DNA of 64,000 nt, taken from assembly GCA_965209085.1 (NCBI GenBank), contig OZ242376.1:1344001-1408000 (forward strand), in the 5' to 3' direction. The translations under genes were made by a program, and so were the position numbers. The DNA comes from Nitrosopumilaceae archaeon. GTDB lineage: Archaea; Thermoproteota; Nitrososphaeria; Nitrososphaerales; Nitrosopumilaceae. The notes beneath the pieces are model-generated. The model saw only the letters and a list, made by a program, of their open reading frames with translations. It had not been told where the DNA came from and did no database searches. This document shows positions 39,681-49,011 of the stretch, piece by piece (the first letter of the stretch is position 1; each line of letters starts with the position of its first letter).

Positions 39681-41577
39681 ATGTTAAAACCTCCCGTTTT
39701 TTTGCAGAGCCGGAAACTGCAGACTCTATTACGCTGCAAAGTTCCGTGCATGTCATCGCCCTGCCGGTATATTTTAAAATATTCACATCCGGTTCCAGTC
39801 CGGTCTGTTGCCGCAAAAGCATTCCAAATTGTCCTGTCTGGTTTGATTCAATGTTTATGATTGTTTTGGCATCTTGCAGCATTGAGGATATAATCGCTGC
39901 CGGAAATGGCCAGAGAAGTTTTGCCTGTACAAATCCCACGCGTATTCCCTTATTTTCCAGCATGTGCATGGCATCAAGTATCGGACCTTTGCATGAGCCC
40001 CAGCTTGTTATCATTACAGGCTGTCTGCCTCCGTGCAATACTGCCTGCTCTTCAGGAGGCAGATCTTTTAGCAGTGCGTCGTATTTTGAGAGACGTTTGT
40101 CCATCATTTTTTGCCGTAATCCTGGATCCTCGGTGATGTGTCCTTTTTCATCACGCTCATCCCCAGTATTCCAGAATATGCCCCCCTCCATGCCGATTCT
40201 AGAGCGTGGGGATATTCCATCAGGTACAAGTCTGAACCGTTTATAGTCATTCTCGGTTATTATATCTGGCATCTTTCCGCGGTCTATGCATATCCGTTCT
40301 GGCTCAAACCGGGGACACGTGCATATTGAACTGGCAATATACTTGTCCATCATGTGTATTACAGGCAGCTGGTAGTGTTCAGCATAGTTGAAACATTTTG
40401 CCGTATCGTAAAAGCTCTCCTCAACATCACCTGATGCATAAACAAGACGCGGAAATTCCCCGTGTCCGGCATGAACTGCGCACAACAGATCATCCTGTCC
40501 GTGTCTTGTTGGAAGTCCTGTGGACGGACCGCTTCTCTGATACAGGGTAATTACCACCGGTACCTCGTTGATTCCCGCCCATCCCAGGGTTTCACTCATC
40601 AGTGAAAATCCAGGACCGGACGTGCATGTTGCAGTGCGGCATCCGGTAAGAGCAGAGCCCACCGCCATCCCAATGGCGCATATTTCATCCTCTGTCTGCA
40701 CCACAATAACCGAACCGGGTTTGGTACCGCTAATTTTTTGATGTGTTTCAAGAAAATAGCTCTCATCTGTTGCCGGTGTTATAGGATAATACGGCTGCAT
40801 TCTGCATCCGCATACGAGTTTGCCTATTGCAGTGCCATGATACCCCTGTACTAGTATGGTGCGTCCTTTGCGTTCAGACTCTGGGATAGTATGGGTTAAA
40901 TTTCCAAGTGATGTGCCCACGCCGTGTGCATATCGCGATACGGACGCGTTTAGTTTTCCAAGTGCAGGTTTTGTGGCAAAAACTGATTCTGTTGCAGATA
41001 CGACTTTTTCTACAGATACTCCAAGCATTCCAAATGATGCAGAAACGCCTATGACGTTAAAGAGGCGCACCATGCGGGCAATTTTCGGTGTGTCAAGATC
41101 TTTTGCAAGATCATCCAATATTTGGCGAAACGCGACAGGATACAAATTTACTCCCGCAGTCTTTGCGGATTTGAGCACGTCTTGTACGCGTACATTCTCC
41201 AAACCGTAACGTTCCCTCAGTATTTGCAAAGATGCATCATCAAGCGTAGGAATCTCCGATGCTGCCACATCTTCTAGTTTGGAATCGTACATTATTGCCC
41301 CCCCAGAGTTTACGCTAAAAGCGTGCCGGAATATCGTTTCAGCATCATATGAGGCCATAAAATCAACTCCGCTAACGTTGGAGTGTATTGGCCTTTCAGA
41401 TACACGTATAACAAAATAGCTGTGTTCCCCCTTTATGTTGGAGTGATATTCTCTTTTGCCGAATATATGGCACCCGTTTGCAGCGCATACGGCAGAAAAA
41501 ATATTGGAAGCAGTTTCCACTCCGCTTCCCTGCGGACCTCCAATCATCCATGAAAGATCCCGCTCCATGGCTGCCAT
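39670..41577 (-). CDS. 2-oxoacid:ferredoxin oxidoreductase alpha subunit
   Basis: GG.QG.GV, YYPITPA, EDEI, TSGPGFSLM, R.GPSTGLPT. Confidence 0.95.
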   Translation of the reverse strand: MAAMERDLSWMIGGPQGSGVETASNIFSAVCAANGCHIFGKREYHSNIKGEHSYFVIRVSERPIHSNVSGVDFMASYDAETIFRHAFSVNSGGAIMYDSKLEDVAASEIPTLDDASLQILRERYGLENVRVQDVLKSAKTAGVNLYPVAFRQILDDLAKDLDTPKIARMVRLFNVIGVSASFGMLGVSVEKVVSATESVFATKPALGKLNASVSRYAHGVGTSLGNLTHTIPESERKGRTILVQGYHGTAIGKLVCGCRMQPYYPITPATDESYFLETHQKISGTKPGSVIVVQTEDEICAIGMAVGSALTGCRTATCTSGPGFSLMSETLGWAGINEVPVVITLYQRSGPSTGLPTRHGQDDLLCAVHAGHGEFPRLVYASGDVEESFYDTAKCFNYAEHYQLPVIHMMDKYIASSICTCPRFEPERICIDRGKMPDIITENDYKRFRLVPDGISPRSRIGMEGGIFWNTGDERDEKGHITEDPGLRQKMMDKRLSKYDALLKDLPPEEQAVLHGGRQPVMITSWGSCKGPILDAMHMLENKGIRVGFVQAKLLWPFPAAIISSMLQDAKTIINIESNQTGQFGMLLRQQTGLEPDVNILKYTGRAMTCTELCSVIESAVSGSAKKREVLTYGV

Positions 41578-41624
41578 AAAATGTGCCACACTAATAAAAC
41601 ATATCCCAAAATTTGTAAAAAATC

Positions 41625-41759
41625 TCAGCCGCCGGTGGCAGCATCAAATAACGCGCATTCGCACTTGTCCCGTTCCCCACAAAAAGGGCAGACGCATTTG
41701 CATGCGTCATACTCGTTGCCGCAATCATCGCATTCAGAGAAATCGGCTATTTTTTCCAT
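41625..41759 (-). CDS. Small acidic 8-Cys protein ending in Gly-Gly, 44 aa (absent from the ORF track)
   Basis: ATG at 41759 to TGA at 41625 reads MEKIADFSECDDCGNEYDACKCVCPFCGERDKCECALFDAATGG. Confidence 0.75.
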   Translation of the reverse strand: MEKIADFSECDDCGNEYDACKCVCPFCGERDKCECALFDAATGG

Positions 41760-41811
41760 GCTTTATGGTACAACTAGAATCGTATAAATTGTTTATTCTA
41801 CATGTACATAT

Positions 41812-42783
41812 ATGGCCAAAATAGTCATTACGCGCCGCATACATCCGTTTGTCACAAAAAAACTGCGAATGCACCATGACGTATGGCAAAATGCCGGTCC
41901 ATCCCCCATTGCAAGAAAAGAGCTGCTAAAACGTATGCCCGGATGCGACGGACTCTTATGCATGCCCTATGATGTGATAGATTCAAAGATAATTGATGCA
42001 TCACAGAATTTACGCACAATCAGTACGTTTAGCGTAGGTTACGAACACATTGACGTAAAATATGCAAAAAGCCGCGGCATATCCGTAGGGTATACGCCAG
42101 ATGTGTTATCAGAGGCTACGGCCAACATGGCATTTGCCCTCATACTTGACATCACGCGCGGTGTTTCACGCGGAGATAGAATCGTACGTTCCAAGAATTG
42201 GAATACTGTGTTTGCGCCGCAGCAGCTGTGCGGTACAGAATTATCCAGGAAAACGCTTGGCATACTAGGCATGGGCCGCATCGGCATTCTTGTAGCAGAG
42301 CGCGCATCCGCCTTTGGCATGAAAATTGCATATCACAACAGACACAGGCTTTCTGCATCAGTGGAAAAGAAAATTGGTGCAAAATACAGGAGCATCTCTG
42401 CACTCTTTAGCGGGTGCGATATTTTATCGCTGCATGTTCCGCACACTGTAAAGACGCATCATATTGTAAATGAAAAAACATTCTCCAAGATGCGGCGCGG
42501 ATCATACATTGTAAACACCTCACGCGGTGCAATAATAGACGAGAAAAGCCTGATTTGTGCGGTAAAAAACGGCCGTATAAGGGGCGCAGGTCTTGACGTA
42601 TTTGAAACAGAACCACTGCGTGTAAAAAACCCGCTTGTAAAATTGGAAAATGTAACATTGGTGCCGCATCTTGGCACAGCTACTGAAGAGACAAGGGAAG
42701 GCATGGCCAAAATTACGCTTGAAAACCTTCTTGCAGGCATTGCCGGAAATAAAATACCCCACGAAGTTTTACTCCCGTCCTAG
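41812..42783 (+). CDS. D-2-hydroxyacid dehydrogenase (glyoxylate reductase-like)
   Basis: SVGYEHID, GMGRIG, NTSRG, LDVFE.EP, PHLG. Confidence 0.9.
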   Translation: MAKIVITRRIHPFVTKKLRMHHDVWQNAGPSPIARKELLKRMPGCDGLLCMPYDVIDSKIIDASQNLRTISTFSVGYEHIDVKYAKSRGISVGYTPDVLSEATANMAFALILDITRGVSRGDRIVRSKNWNTVFAPQQLCGTELSRKTLGILGMGRIGILVAERASAFGMKIAYHNRHRLSASVEKKIGAKYRSISALFSGCDILSLHVPHTVKTHHIVNEKTFSKMRRGSYIVNTSRGAIIDEKSLICAVKNGRIRGAGLDVFETEPLRVKNPLVKLENVTLVPHLGTATEETREGMAKITLENLLAGIAGNKIPHEVLLPS

Positions 42784-43040
42784 AGCTGGATTAGATCATC
42801 AGGGGATCCTTTGATGCAGTCAGTTCCCACCGCCTTTAAAACGGAAAAAGAAATGGATCCTTTTGGCACGGATCCTTTCAACTGGAGTCCGGTTAGCTTT
42901 TCAGATACTGTCGCACGGTGTCTTGCACATGTAACGCCGACCATGTATTCACCATCATTGGCCCGTACGGTAATGGCAAATTCTGGCGGGCTTGGACACT
43001 GTTTTCCATTCTTTATCATAGAGCATCTGTCAGGAAGCAT
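42780..43040 (-). CDS. Small hypothetical Cys/His protein
   Basis: MLPDRCS......C..PPEF...YMVGVTC..H; probable ATG at 43040. Confidence 0.7.
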   Translation of the reverse strand: MLPDRCSMIKNGKQCPSPPEFAITVRANDGEYMVGVTCARHRATVSEKLTGLQLKGSVPKGSISFSVLKAVGTDCIKGSPDDLIQL

Positions 43041-43065
43041 GCGTATGCATGGGTATAATGCGATA

Positions 43066-44358
43066 TTAATCTTGAGCGTGCATTTTCCAAACGGTTCCGT
43101 CTTTCTCGCCGGCGCGCTCCAATATTCCCTTCGCGTACAATCCTTTAACAATTTCTTCAGTGTATGATGGAGCCCCGGTTGCGCCAGGAGAGTTATAGTT
43201 TATGATGTGAAGTGAATGATCCCCATACTCTTCAAGTATGTCCGATACGAATGCCCCATCCGAAGATATCAGCGGAGTTCGGATTCCCGCAGTACCCCTG
43301 TTTGAGAAAAAATTCGGCCTCACATCAGGGATAAACGACTGTATGCGGCGTATCATGGCCGATTTTGAGAGCGAGCTGTGCCATTCTTTTGAAACCAGAG
43401 ATAAAAATTCCGAATTTGTCAAGAGTTTGAGCGTACCTCCGCGCAAAATCTGGCTCATTTTCGATAACATTGTAGGAATATTCCCCACATATCCGGCATA
43501 CAATTCTGGATCTAAAACCGGTACAGCGTTTGGTCCAACCTCTACGGTTCCGTCGGCTTTTTTTATCCAATGTGGATCCAAAAACGGATAATTTGGAAAT
43601 TCTGCCACGGTGTATACGGTGGTGTTTACCATGCGCTCATATTTTTGACAGCATACCCAGTATTCGCCCCTAAAATGCATGTCCGTATATGATGTAGCAC
43701 ATTCGAGCATTTTTGCAATATCAAGGGAATTGGCGCCGGCGCAATTTACCAGATAACCGCATGTTATTTTTGCCCCTCCTTTGAATTCAATTTCACATCC
43801 GTCGGCAAGCGGTTTGATTGCCACAAGTTTCATTCCCATCATGTACTCTGCGCCGGTTTTTTGAGATTCAGAGACCATGTTTTTGGTAAGCGCCCCAAAA
43901 TCCGTTGAAACCTCGCGCGGGCAGTACAGTCCGGAATGGCACCGTATGTTTGGCTCCATTTTTTTTACCTGTTCCCCATCAAGCAGATGCATCTCTTCTT
44001 TTGGCATGCCGTTTTCATATGCCCACTTTGAATATTTTTCAAGCGTTGCATCCTGTTCGGGTTTTACTGCCAGCTCCAGCAGACCTGTTTTTTTCCACGG
44101 CAGTTTATTTTCAGATGCAATTTTTTTCCACATATCATACGAGCGAAGAGATGTTCTGGCCATTTTTGATTTTTTTTTCGGATCAATGTAAAACGGCGAA
44201 TGTACCACTCCTGTATTGCGCGAGCTTGCATGTTCTGCCGGAAGCATTTCCTTTTCGACAACGCAGACGCTTGCATTGCACGTGGAGGATATCCAGTATG
44301 CAATGCACGAACCCAATACTCCGGCACCCACTATGACCACATCGTACTGTTTGGACAT
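43066..44358 (-). CDS. FAD-dependent oxidoreductase (L-2-hydroxyglutarate oxidase-like)
   Basis: GAGVLG, HASSRNTGVVH, FRGEY, GPNAV, AGIR, SPGAT. Confidence 0.85.
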   Translation of the reverse strand: MSKQYDVVIVGAGVLGSCIAYWISSTCNASVCVVEKEMLPAEHASSRNTGVVHSPFYIDPKKKSKMARTSLRSYDMWKKIASENKLPWKKTGLLELAVKPEQDATLEKYSKWAYENGMPKEEMHLLDGEQVKKMEPNIRCHSGLYCPREVSTDFGALTKNMVSESQKTGAEYMMGMKLVAIKPLADGCEIEFKGGAKITCGYLVNCAGANSLDIAKMLECATSYTDMHFRGEYWVCCQKYERMVNTTVYTVAEFPNYPFLDPHWIKKADGTVEVGPNAVPVLDPELYAGYVGNIPTMLSKMSQILRGGTLKLLTNSEFLSLVSKEWHSSLSKSAMIRRIQSFIPDVRPNFFSNRGTAGIRTPLISSDGAFVSDILEEYGDHSLHIINYNSPGATGAPSYTEEIVKGLYAKGILERAGEKDGTVWKMHAQD

Positions 44359-44399
44359 ACAGTGTAATTCTCCGATAGTCATTAAATCGTTTTGAAATA

Positions 44400-44699
44400 T
44401 TATTCGGATATGACAGTATAAAGTGATTTTTGTATTTTTGGATCTATGAATTCGAACAGTTTTGCCCGAACCTTGTCGTGTTCTGGATTTTTGTGCATTG
44501 CCTCAAATGTCTCACGGGTTCTATGCTCCACTAGTATCCTGTAAGAGCCATCATGCGAACGCAGCAGGCGTCTTGAAACAAATCCGTCTATTTTAAAGAG
44601 TATTGCGTTTGTCTCCTTTACATGGCGTGAAAATTCTTCTTCGGTTCCATTGTTCATGGATACGTCTATCATTGCCACAAACATACCAAATGTTTTCAT
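44400..44699 (-). CDS. Antibiotic biosynthesis monooxygenase (ABM) domain protein
   Basis: G.EEEF, GFVSRRLLRS, E.F.A.H..P.H. Confidence 0.75.
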   Translation of the reverse strand: MKTFGMFVAMIDVSMNNGTEEEFSRHVKETNAILFKIDGFVSRRLLRSHDGSYRILVEHRTRETFEAMHKNPEHDKVRAKLFEFIDPKIQKSLYTVISE

Positions 44700-44729
44700 T
44701 TTATGGTAATTAAATCAATTCATGGCTGT

Positions 44730-45407
44730 TTACGGTTTTTTGCAGCTGTTTTTTAGATATTTAGAGGCCAGCACTGTTACAGGTACAACGATTAACAGTA
44801 TGATTAAAAGTATGGAAATTGTTTCAAGTGATTTGTTTAGTTTTGTCATCTGATCGTACAGATTCAGCTGACCCACGTACTGGTACGGGGCAGGCTGGAT
44901 TATATTTTCTATTTGAAAGCAGTTTTCTTTAGGAGTGTATTCACAATAATCAACATGTATGGTATGCGGTACGATTAGCCGGATGTTAATCGGCATCCCG
45001 TTGGATGTAAAAGTATTCGAATCGTTCGGATACAGCGTCAGCTCGCCAGATTGTGCGTATTCAGAACTTCTTGTATCGGCAGAATCAAATTTGTAGTTGA
45101 GAAATTTATCCGGAATTTTTATCGTTATTTTTTCATAATCAGCGCCGCTCTCAGAATAATGTGCGCCGTTTACTTTGGCATCCAGTGTAACCAGCGGACC
45201 CACCTGCAGTACATCCTGTGTTACGATCCAACAAAATTCAATTTTTACCTCACCAGAAGAATCCGGATGTAAAAATTTACGGACTGTTTGAAAATACATT
45301 ACATCCCACTCATTTGCCAAATTCGTACATTCAGAATCAGACAAAGCACCTGGAATAAAAGGCACAAGCAGTGCTGCCATACTCAGTGCGATTATTGCAA
45401 TTCTCAA
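44730..45407 (-). CDS. Hypothetical exported protein with C-terminal TM anchor
   Basis: Signal-like N-terminus; C-terminal ISILLIILLIVVPVTVLA followed by basic residues. Confidence 0.65.
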   Translation of the reverse strand: MRIAIIALSMAALLVPFIPGALSDSECTNLANEWDVMYFQTVRKFLHPDSSGEVKIEFCWIVTQDVLQVGPLVTLDAKVNGAHYSESGADYEKITIKIPDKFLNYKFDSADTRSSEYAQSGELTLYPNDSNTFTSNGMPINIRLIVPHTIHVDYCEYTPKENCFQIENIIQPAPYQYVGQLNLYDQMTKLNKSLETISILLIILLIVVPVTVLASKYLKNSCKKP

Positions 45408-45586
45408 CGTATTCTTGCATTATAGAGGGTTATTATGCATATTCATTGTAAGACATTCAATGTGAGATTCCATGATCCTGCAAGGTGTTTAAAACTGAAC
45501 TGTTGTCATATTTTGGGCGCATGCAAATTTGCCGTTGTATAGTACAATATTCACAGATATGCCATTGCGTATAATTTGTATAAAAA

Positions 45587-45685
45587 TGGCGCCGGGGGGG
45601 AGATTTGAACTCCCGTTCCCTTGCGAGAACGCGCTATATGGCAATGTTTCCAGGCGCGCGCCCTACCAGGCTAGGCGACCCCGGC
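45587..45685 (-). tRNA. tRNA-Ser(GGA) with a 12-nt intron at 37/38 and encoded CCA
   Basis: Reverse complement GCCGGGG...CGCGC-CT-GGA-A[ACATTGCCATAT]A-GCGCG, long variable arm, GGGAGTTCAAATCTCCC, CCCCGGC-G-CCA; intron at 45636-45647. Confidence 0.92.
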
Positions 45686-45838
45686 ACGATCGTAAAGACC
45701 GTGTCGAGTATATTGAGGTCATTAAATAAAGATTAGTTTGGATCTTTGGCGGACGGCGTTTTGCGGGTTTTTTGAATGCCAGGGGAAACCATTCAGGTTT
45801 TAAATTACAAAACGGGCGTATAAATTCCAAATCCTGCA

Positions 45839-46234
45839 TCATGTAATGGTAACTGTGATCGAGGCAGCGATTATAGATATATGCGATGATACAGTATACG
45901 TTCCAGGATCAAAATGTGTGGTATTCCACGTTACTGTTTGTGTCTGTTTTGCTCTAATGACAACGTGTTCTTCATCATGCGGGGCGTGCCATATTATCAC
46001 ACCTTTAGGATCTATCACGCGTATTCCAAACGCGTCATTTGGGAATAAAAGAGGATACGAGCCAGTATTATGAACCTCGAGTACGACTATCTCTCCCACA
46101 GCATACTGCATTTTAGGCGAAGTCAGTAAAAGAGGCAGGTTTTTGTTTTCAATTTCATCATACAGTAAAATTCCCAGTGTTAATGCAGATGCCATACCCA
46201 CGCATACTGCCACAAGAAGATTTCTGTTTATCAT
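45839..46234 (-). CDS. Membrane-anchored Ig-like domain protein
   Basis: N-terminal TM; Y..GE.V...V.N.G, W, PGTY.V strand pattern. Confidence 0.7.
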   Translation of the reverse strand: MINRNLLVAVCVGMASALTLGILLYDEIENKNLPLLLTSPKMQYAVGEIVVLEVHNTGSYPLLFPNDAFGIRVIDPKGVIIWHAPHDEEHVVIRAKQTQTVTWNTTHFDPGTYTVSSHISIIAASITVTIT

Positions 46235-47250
46235 TAATGTCCGTGCCCGTCGGATGTACGATCTGGTAATCTTGTGCGCCAGCTCTTTTTGTACGTTCCA
46301 GGTTCCATTATTATGCGGTTTGTTTCAAATGCGTGCCCCCTGGTTCCCTCAGATATTGCATCTGCATCCATTGTGGCAGTTGCAAGTGCGACAGCTTCGC
46401 CTTTTTGTGTATAAACTGCCACAAAATCCCCTTTTTTCAGATCGTGTGAGATCTGCAGTATTCCAGGTATTGCAAGCTGTGCCCCGTGGCATAGTGCATC
46501 AACTGCAGAATCACGTATTACTGTGGATTTTATCTCACTGAGTGCCACCTCTACAGGATGCACGTATCGCCGAAGTTTTGAGTCATTTCCGCTCTCCTTC
46601 CATACAGCGTAAGCGTCTGCAAGAGTGTGCATTGTAACAAGACCCATCTTTTCTTCAAATTGTGCCACACGTGTTCTCCTCAGCTCGATCATGGACGCAC
46701 CGGATCCCATGATTTCGCCCATATCGTATATGAGTTTGCGTATGTACGTGCCAGCCTCGCATACCGTACGCATTAAAACAAGTGAATCTTTTTGCTCCAT
46801 GATTTCTATTTCAGTTATAGTCCTTATCCGTGTGCGGCGTAAAACTGAAGAGCGCTGCGGCGGTTTTTGGTAGATGGGTCCAGTAAACGTGTTTTTCAAA
46901 TATTCAATTGTCTTTAAAGATGGAACCGTATGAAATCTTCCAATGCCGACGTATTCTTTTGTTCCAAATAACAATACACCCAGCGCCTTTGTGGCGTTAC
47001 CAAGTCCCAGCGGCAGAACGCCTGAAACTTGCGGATCAAGTGTTCCACTGTGCCCTATCTTTGGCAGATCCAGCATTCGTTTTGTCCATGCAACTACCTC
47101 ATGGCTTGTCGGACCTGGCGGTTTGTCCAGCAGTATAATGCCGTTATCAAGCAGATCTGAGGTACTGCGTTTGTCATAACGGCAGCCTTGTTCCTCGTCT
47201 ATTAGGTCCTGATCCAGTACGTTTAGATTTTCCAGCTGTTTTAGATTCAA
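46234..47250 (-). CDS. cbf5: H/ACA RNA-guided pseudouridine synthase Cbf5
   Basis: LDKPPGPTSHEV, GHSGTLDP, CEAGTYIRKL, PUA domain. Confidence 0.95.
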   Translation of the reverse strand: MNLKQLENLNVLDQDLIDEEQGCRYDKRSTSDLLDNGIILLDKPPGPTSHEVVAWTKRMLDLPKIGHSGTLDPQVSGVLPLGLGNATKALGVLLFGTKEYVGIGRFHTVPSLKTIEYLKNTFTGPIYQKPPQRSSVLRRTRIRTITEIEIMEQKDSLVLMRTVCEAGTYIRKLIYDMGEIMGSGASMIELRRTRVAQFEEKMGLVTMHTLADAYAVWKESGNDSKLRRYVHPVEVALSEIKSTVIRDSAVDALCHGAQLAIPGILQISHDLKKGDFVAVYTQKGEAVALATATMDADAISEGTRGHAFETNRIIMEPGTYKKSWRTRLPDRTSDGHGH

Positions 47251-47804
47251 AGAATTTTTTGCACCCCTTCTTGCGCCCTTGTTATTACTTTGGCAGCATC
47301 AAGTAAATCCGTATCTATTACAACATCAAATACGGATTTTTCTCCAAAATCAAATCCGTAGAGGCGTTTGTAGATTATTTTATTTTCCGCGTATCTTTTT
47401 TTTGACACTGTCAACGCTTTTGCGGCATCCATGCCGTCCCGCGACTGCATGCGGTCAGCGCTTATTTTGTGCGAGCCGCCAAGCCAGATCTTTATTCCCC
47501 CCTGTGCAATCCAAGGTATGGTATAGCTAGTCATTACCGCCCCTCCAATGCTGTACGCTTTGATGAGTTTTTCATCCACGCGCCTGTCGTACTGTTCATC
47601 CTCAGAGCGCATTTTCAGAAATTTCAGGCCATCATCAGTATCCCACCAGTCATCACCTGTAGAGTCAAAACCGTATTCGGATGCAATTTCCTTTAATACG
47701 TCCCCGCCACTGACGTATTTGAGGTTGAATTTTTCTCCAAGCGCCTTTGCCACGGTGGTTTTTCCCACAGCAGGCGGTCCTGAAATCACTATGGATTTTT
47801 TCAA
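47247..47804 (-). CDS. cmk: Cytidylate kinase (archaeal type)
   Basis: ISGPPAVGKTT; conserved position after secY-adk. Confidence 0.88.
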   Translation of the reverse strand: MKKSIVISGPPAVGKTTVAKALGEKFNLKYVSGGDVLKEIASEYGFDSTGDDWWDTDDGLKFLKMRSEDEQYDRRVDEKLIKAYSIGGAVMTSYTIPWIAQGGIKIWLGGSHKISADRMQSRDGMDAAKALTVSKKRYAENKIIYKRLYGFDFGEKSVFDVVIDTDLLDAAKVITRAQEGVQKIL

Positions 47805-48436
47805 CCCAGATCCATCGATGTTTTTGTCAGCTTCATAATCATGCCGCTAAACGCGATCGAAGAGAGAAAATACCATGCCCACAAGTATATTCCATTTTCC
47901 TGTGTGCAGACAGGGTCTAAATCTGTCGCCTGTTCAAGAGTACACGTAAGCTGGAATAAGTCTCCTGGGATCACGTTGAGGGATATTGGCGATAGTGCCA
48001 CAGTGTATGAGAACAGTTCTGGCAGTACGAAATAAAATATAAGCAGCAATGGGACGAATGTTATGAGCATCGGACGCATGTTCATCTGCATCATCTCCAT
48101 GTTCATCTTGTTCATGTACGATGATTTTTTGTTCAAAGAAGCTTGTTTTTCAAGATCTTTTGAACGGAATGCTGCCATGCGTGCCTTTTGCCATGCACGC
48201 GTCTCCTTCATTATCCGTTTTAATTTTACCTGATCTACCAGTTTTTTTCTCACACCGGAATTGAACATGTTTAACAATATTCCAAATCCGGTTACCGCGA
48301 ACAAAGTTGCCACCGTTCCCTTTATTATTGGATCATCACTTCCAAGTGCTCCTCGGTCTCCTAGTCCAAACAAATCCATACCCTGCAAAAATACAGCATC
48401 CAAAAAGAGATGTATTGTGCTAAAATCCACGATCAT
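47801..48436 (-). CDS. EMC3/TMCO1 (DUF106) family membrane protein
   Basis: TM-coiled coil-TM layout, M.PMLITF.P, WYFLSS; context. Confidence 0.85.
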   Translation of the reverse strand: MIVDFSTIHLFLDAVFLQGMDLFGLGDRGALGSDDPIIKGTVATLFAVTGFGILLNMFNSGVRKKLVDQVKLKRIMKETRAWQKARMAAFRSKDLEKQASLNKKSSYMNKMNMEMMQMNMRPMLITFVPLLLIFYFVLPELFSYTVALSPISLNVIPGDLFQLTCTLEQATDLDPVCTQENGIYLWAWYFLSSIAFSGMIMKLTKTSMDLG

Positions 48437-49011
48437 TACGCGCCAATCCCCTTTGCAATTTCTTCTGCCACGCTATCAGCCCGGCCTTCGGAATTTAAGA
48501 CCGTGAGTATAGGGGATCCTGAGAGTATAGAGCACGCTGCAACCATGGAATCCTGTACCGCAAGCTCCTTTTTAATGGACTCTATTGAGACGATATCACG
48601 GATACGTGTGATATCCCCCATACGCCTATTGTATATCTCCTCAGGACGCGCCGAAACTGAAACAAAATGGTTTGGTTTTATTATCTCAAGTATGTTGTTT
48701 GGTAATCCTGGATAAAATCCTGAATCAGTGGCAATAAAGGCATGTGTGTCGACTATAATAATGTCCTCGCTAAAACAGGCTATTTTTGATGCAACCTGGT
48801 TTTGCAGTTTTTTTTGCTGTGAAATGTCCAGCTTGCGCAGATCGTCCCGGTCTTTGGCATACGAGGATGCCTCTTTGAGCATCAGGGTGCCAAAGCTGTC
48901 CAGCCTTACGCTGTGTTTTTTGACCTTTAACAGTTCGGCAAGTTTTTTGACAAGCGTTGTTTTTCCCACACCTGGAATTCCAACTATGATTATTTTTTTA
49001 TTTTCTGCCAA
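48436..49011 (-). CDS. adkA: Adenylate kinase (archaeal type)
   Basis: GIPGVGKTT, RDDLRKL, DTH, G.YPGLP; probable TTG start at 49011. Confidence 0.92.
   Translation of the reverse strand: MAENKKIIIVGIPGVGKTTLVKKLAELLKVKKHSVRLDSFGTLMLKEASSYAKDRDDLRKLDISQQKKLQNQVASKIACFSEDIIIVDTHAFIATDSGFYPGLPNNILEIIKPNHFVSVSARPEEIYNRRMGDITRIRDIVSIESIKKELAVQDSMVAACSILSGSPILTVLNSEGRADSVAEEIAKGIGA

Noticed and set aside
41812-42783. Possible phosphite dehydrogenase PtxD partnering phnDCE
   Set aside because: It has SVGY where PtxD has the catalytic Lys (ALKG), and it is about 16 kb from the transporter; glyoxylate reductase-like fits better
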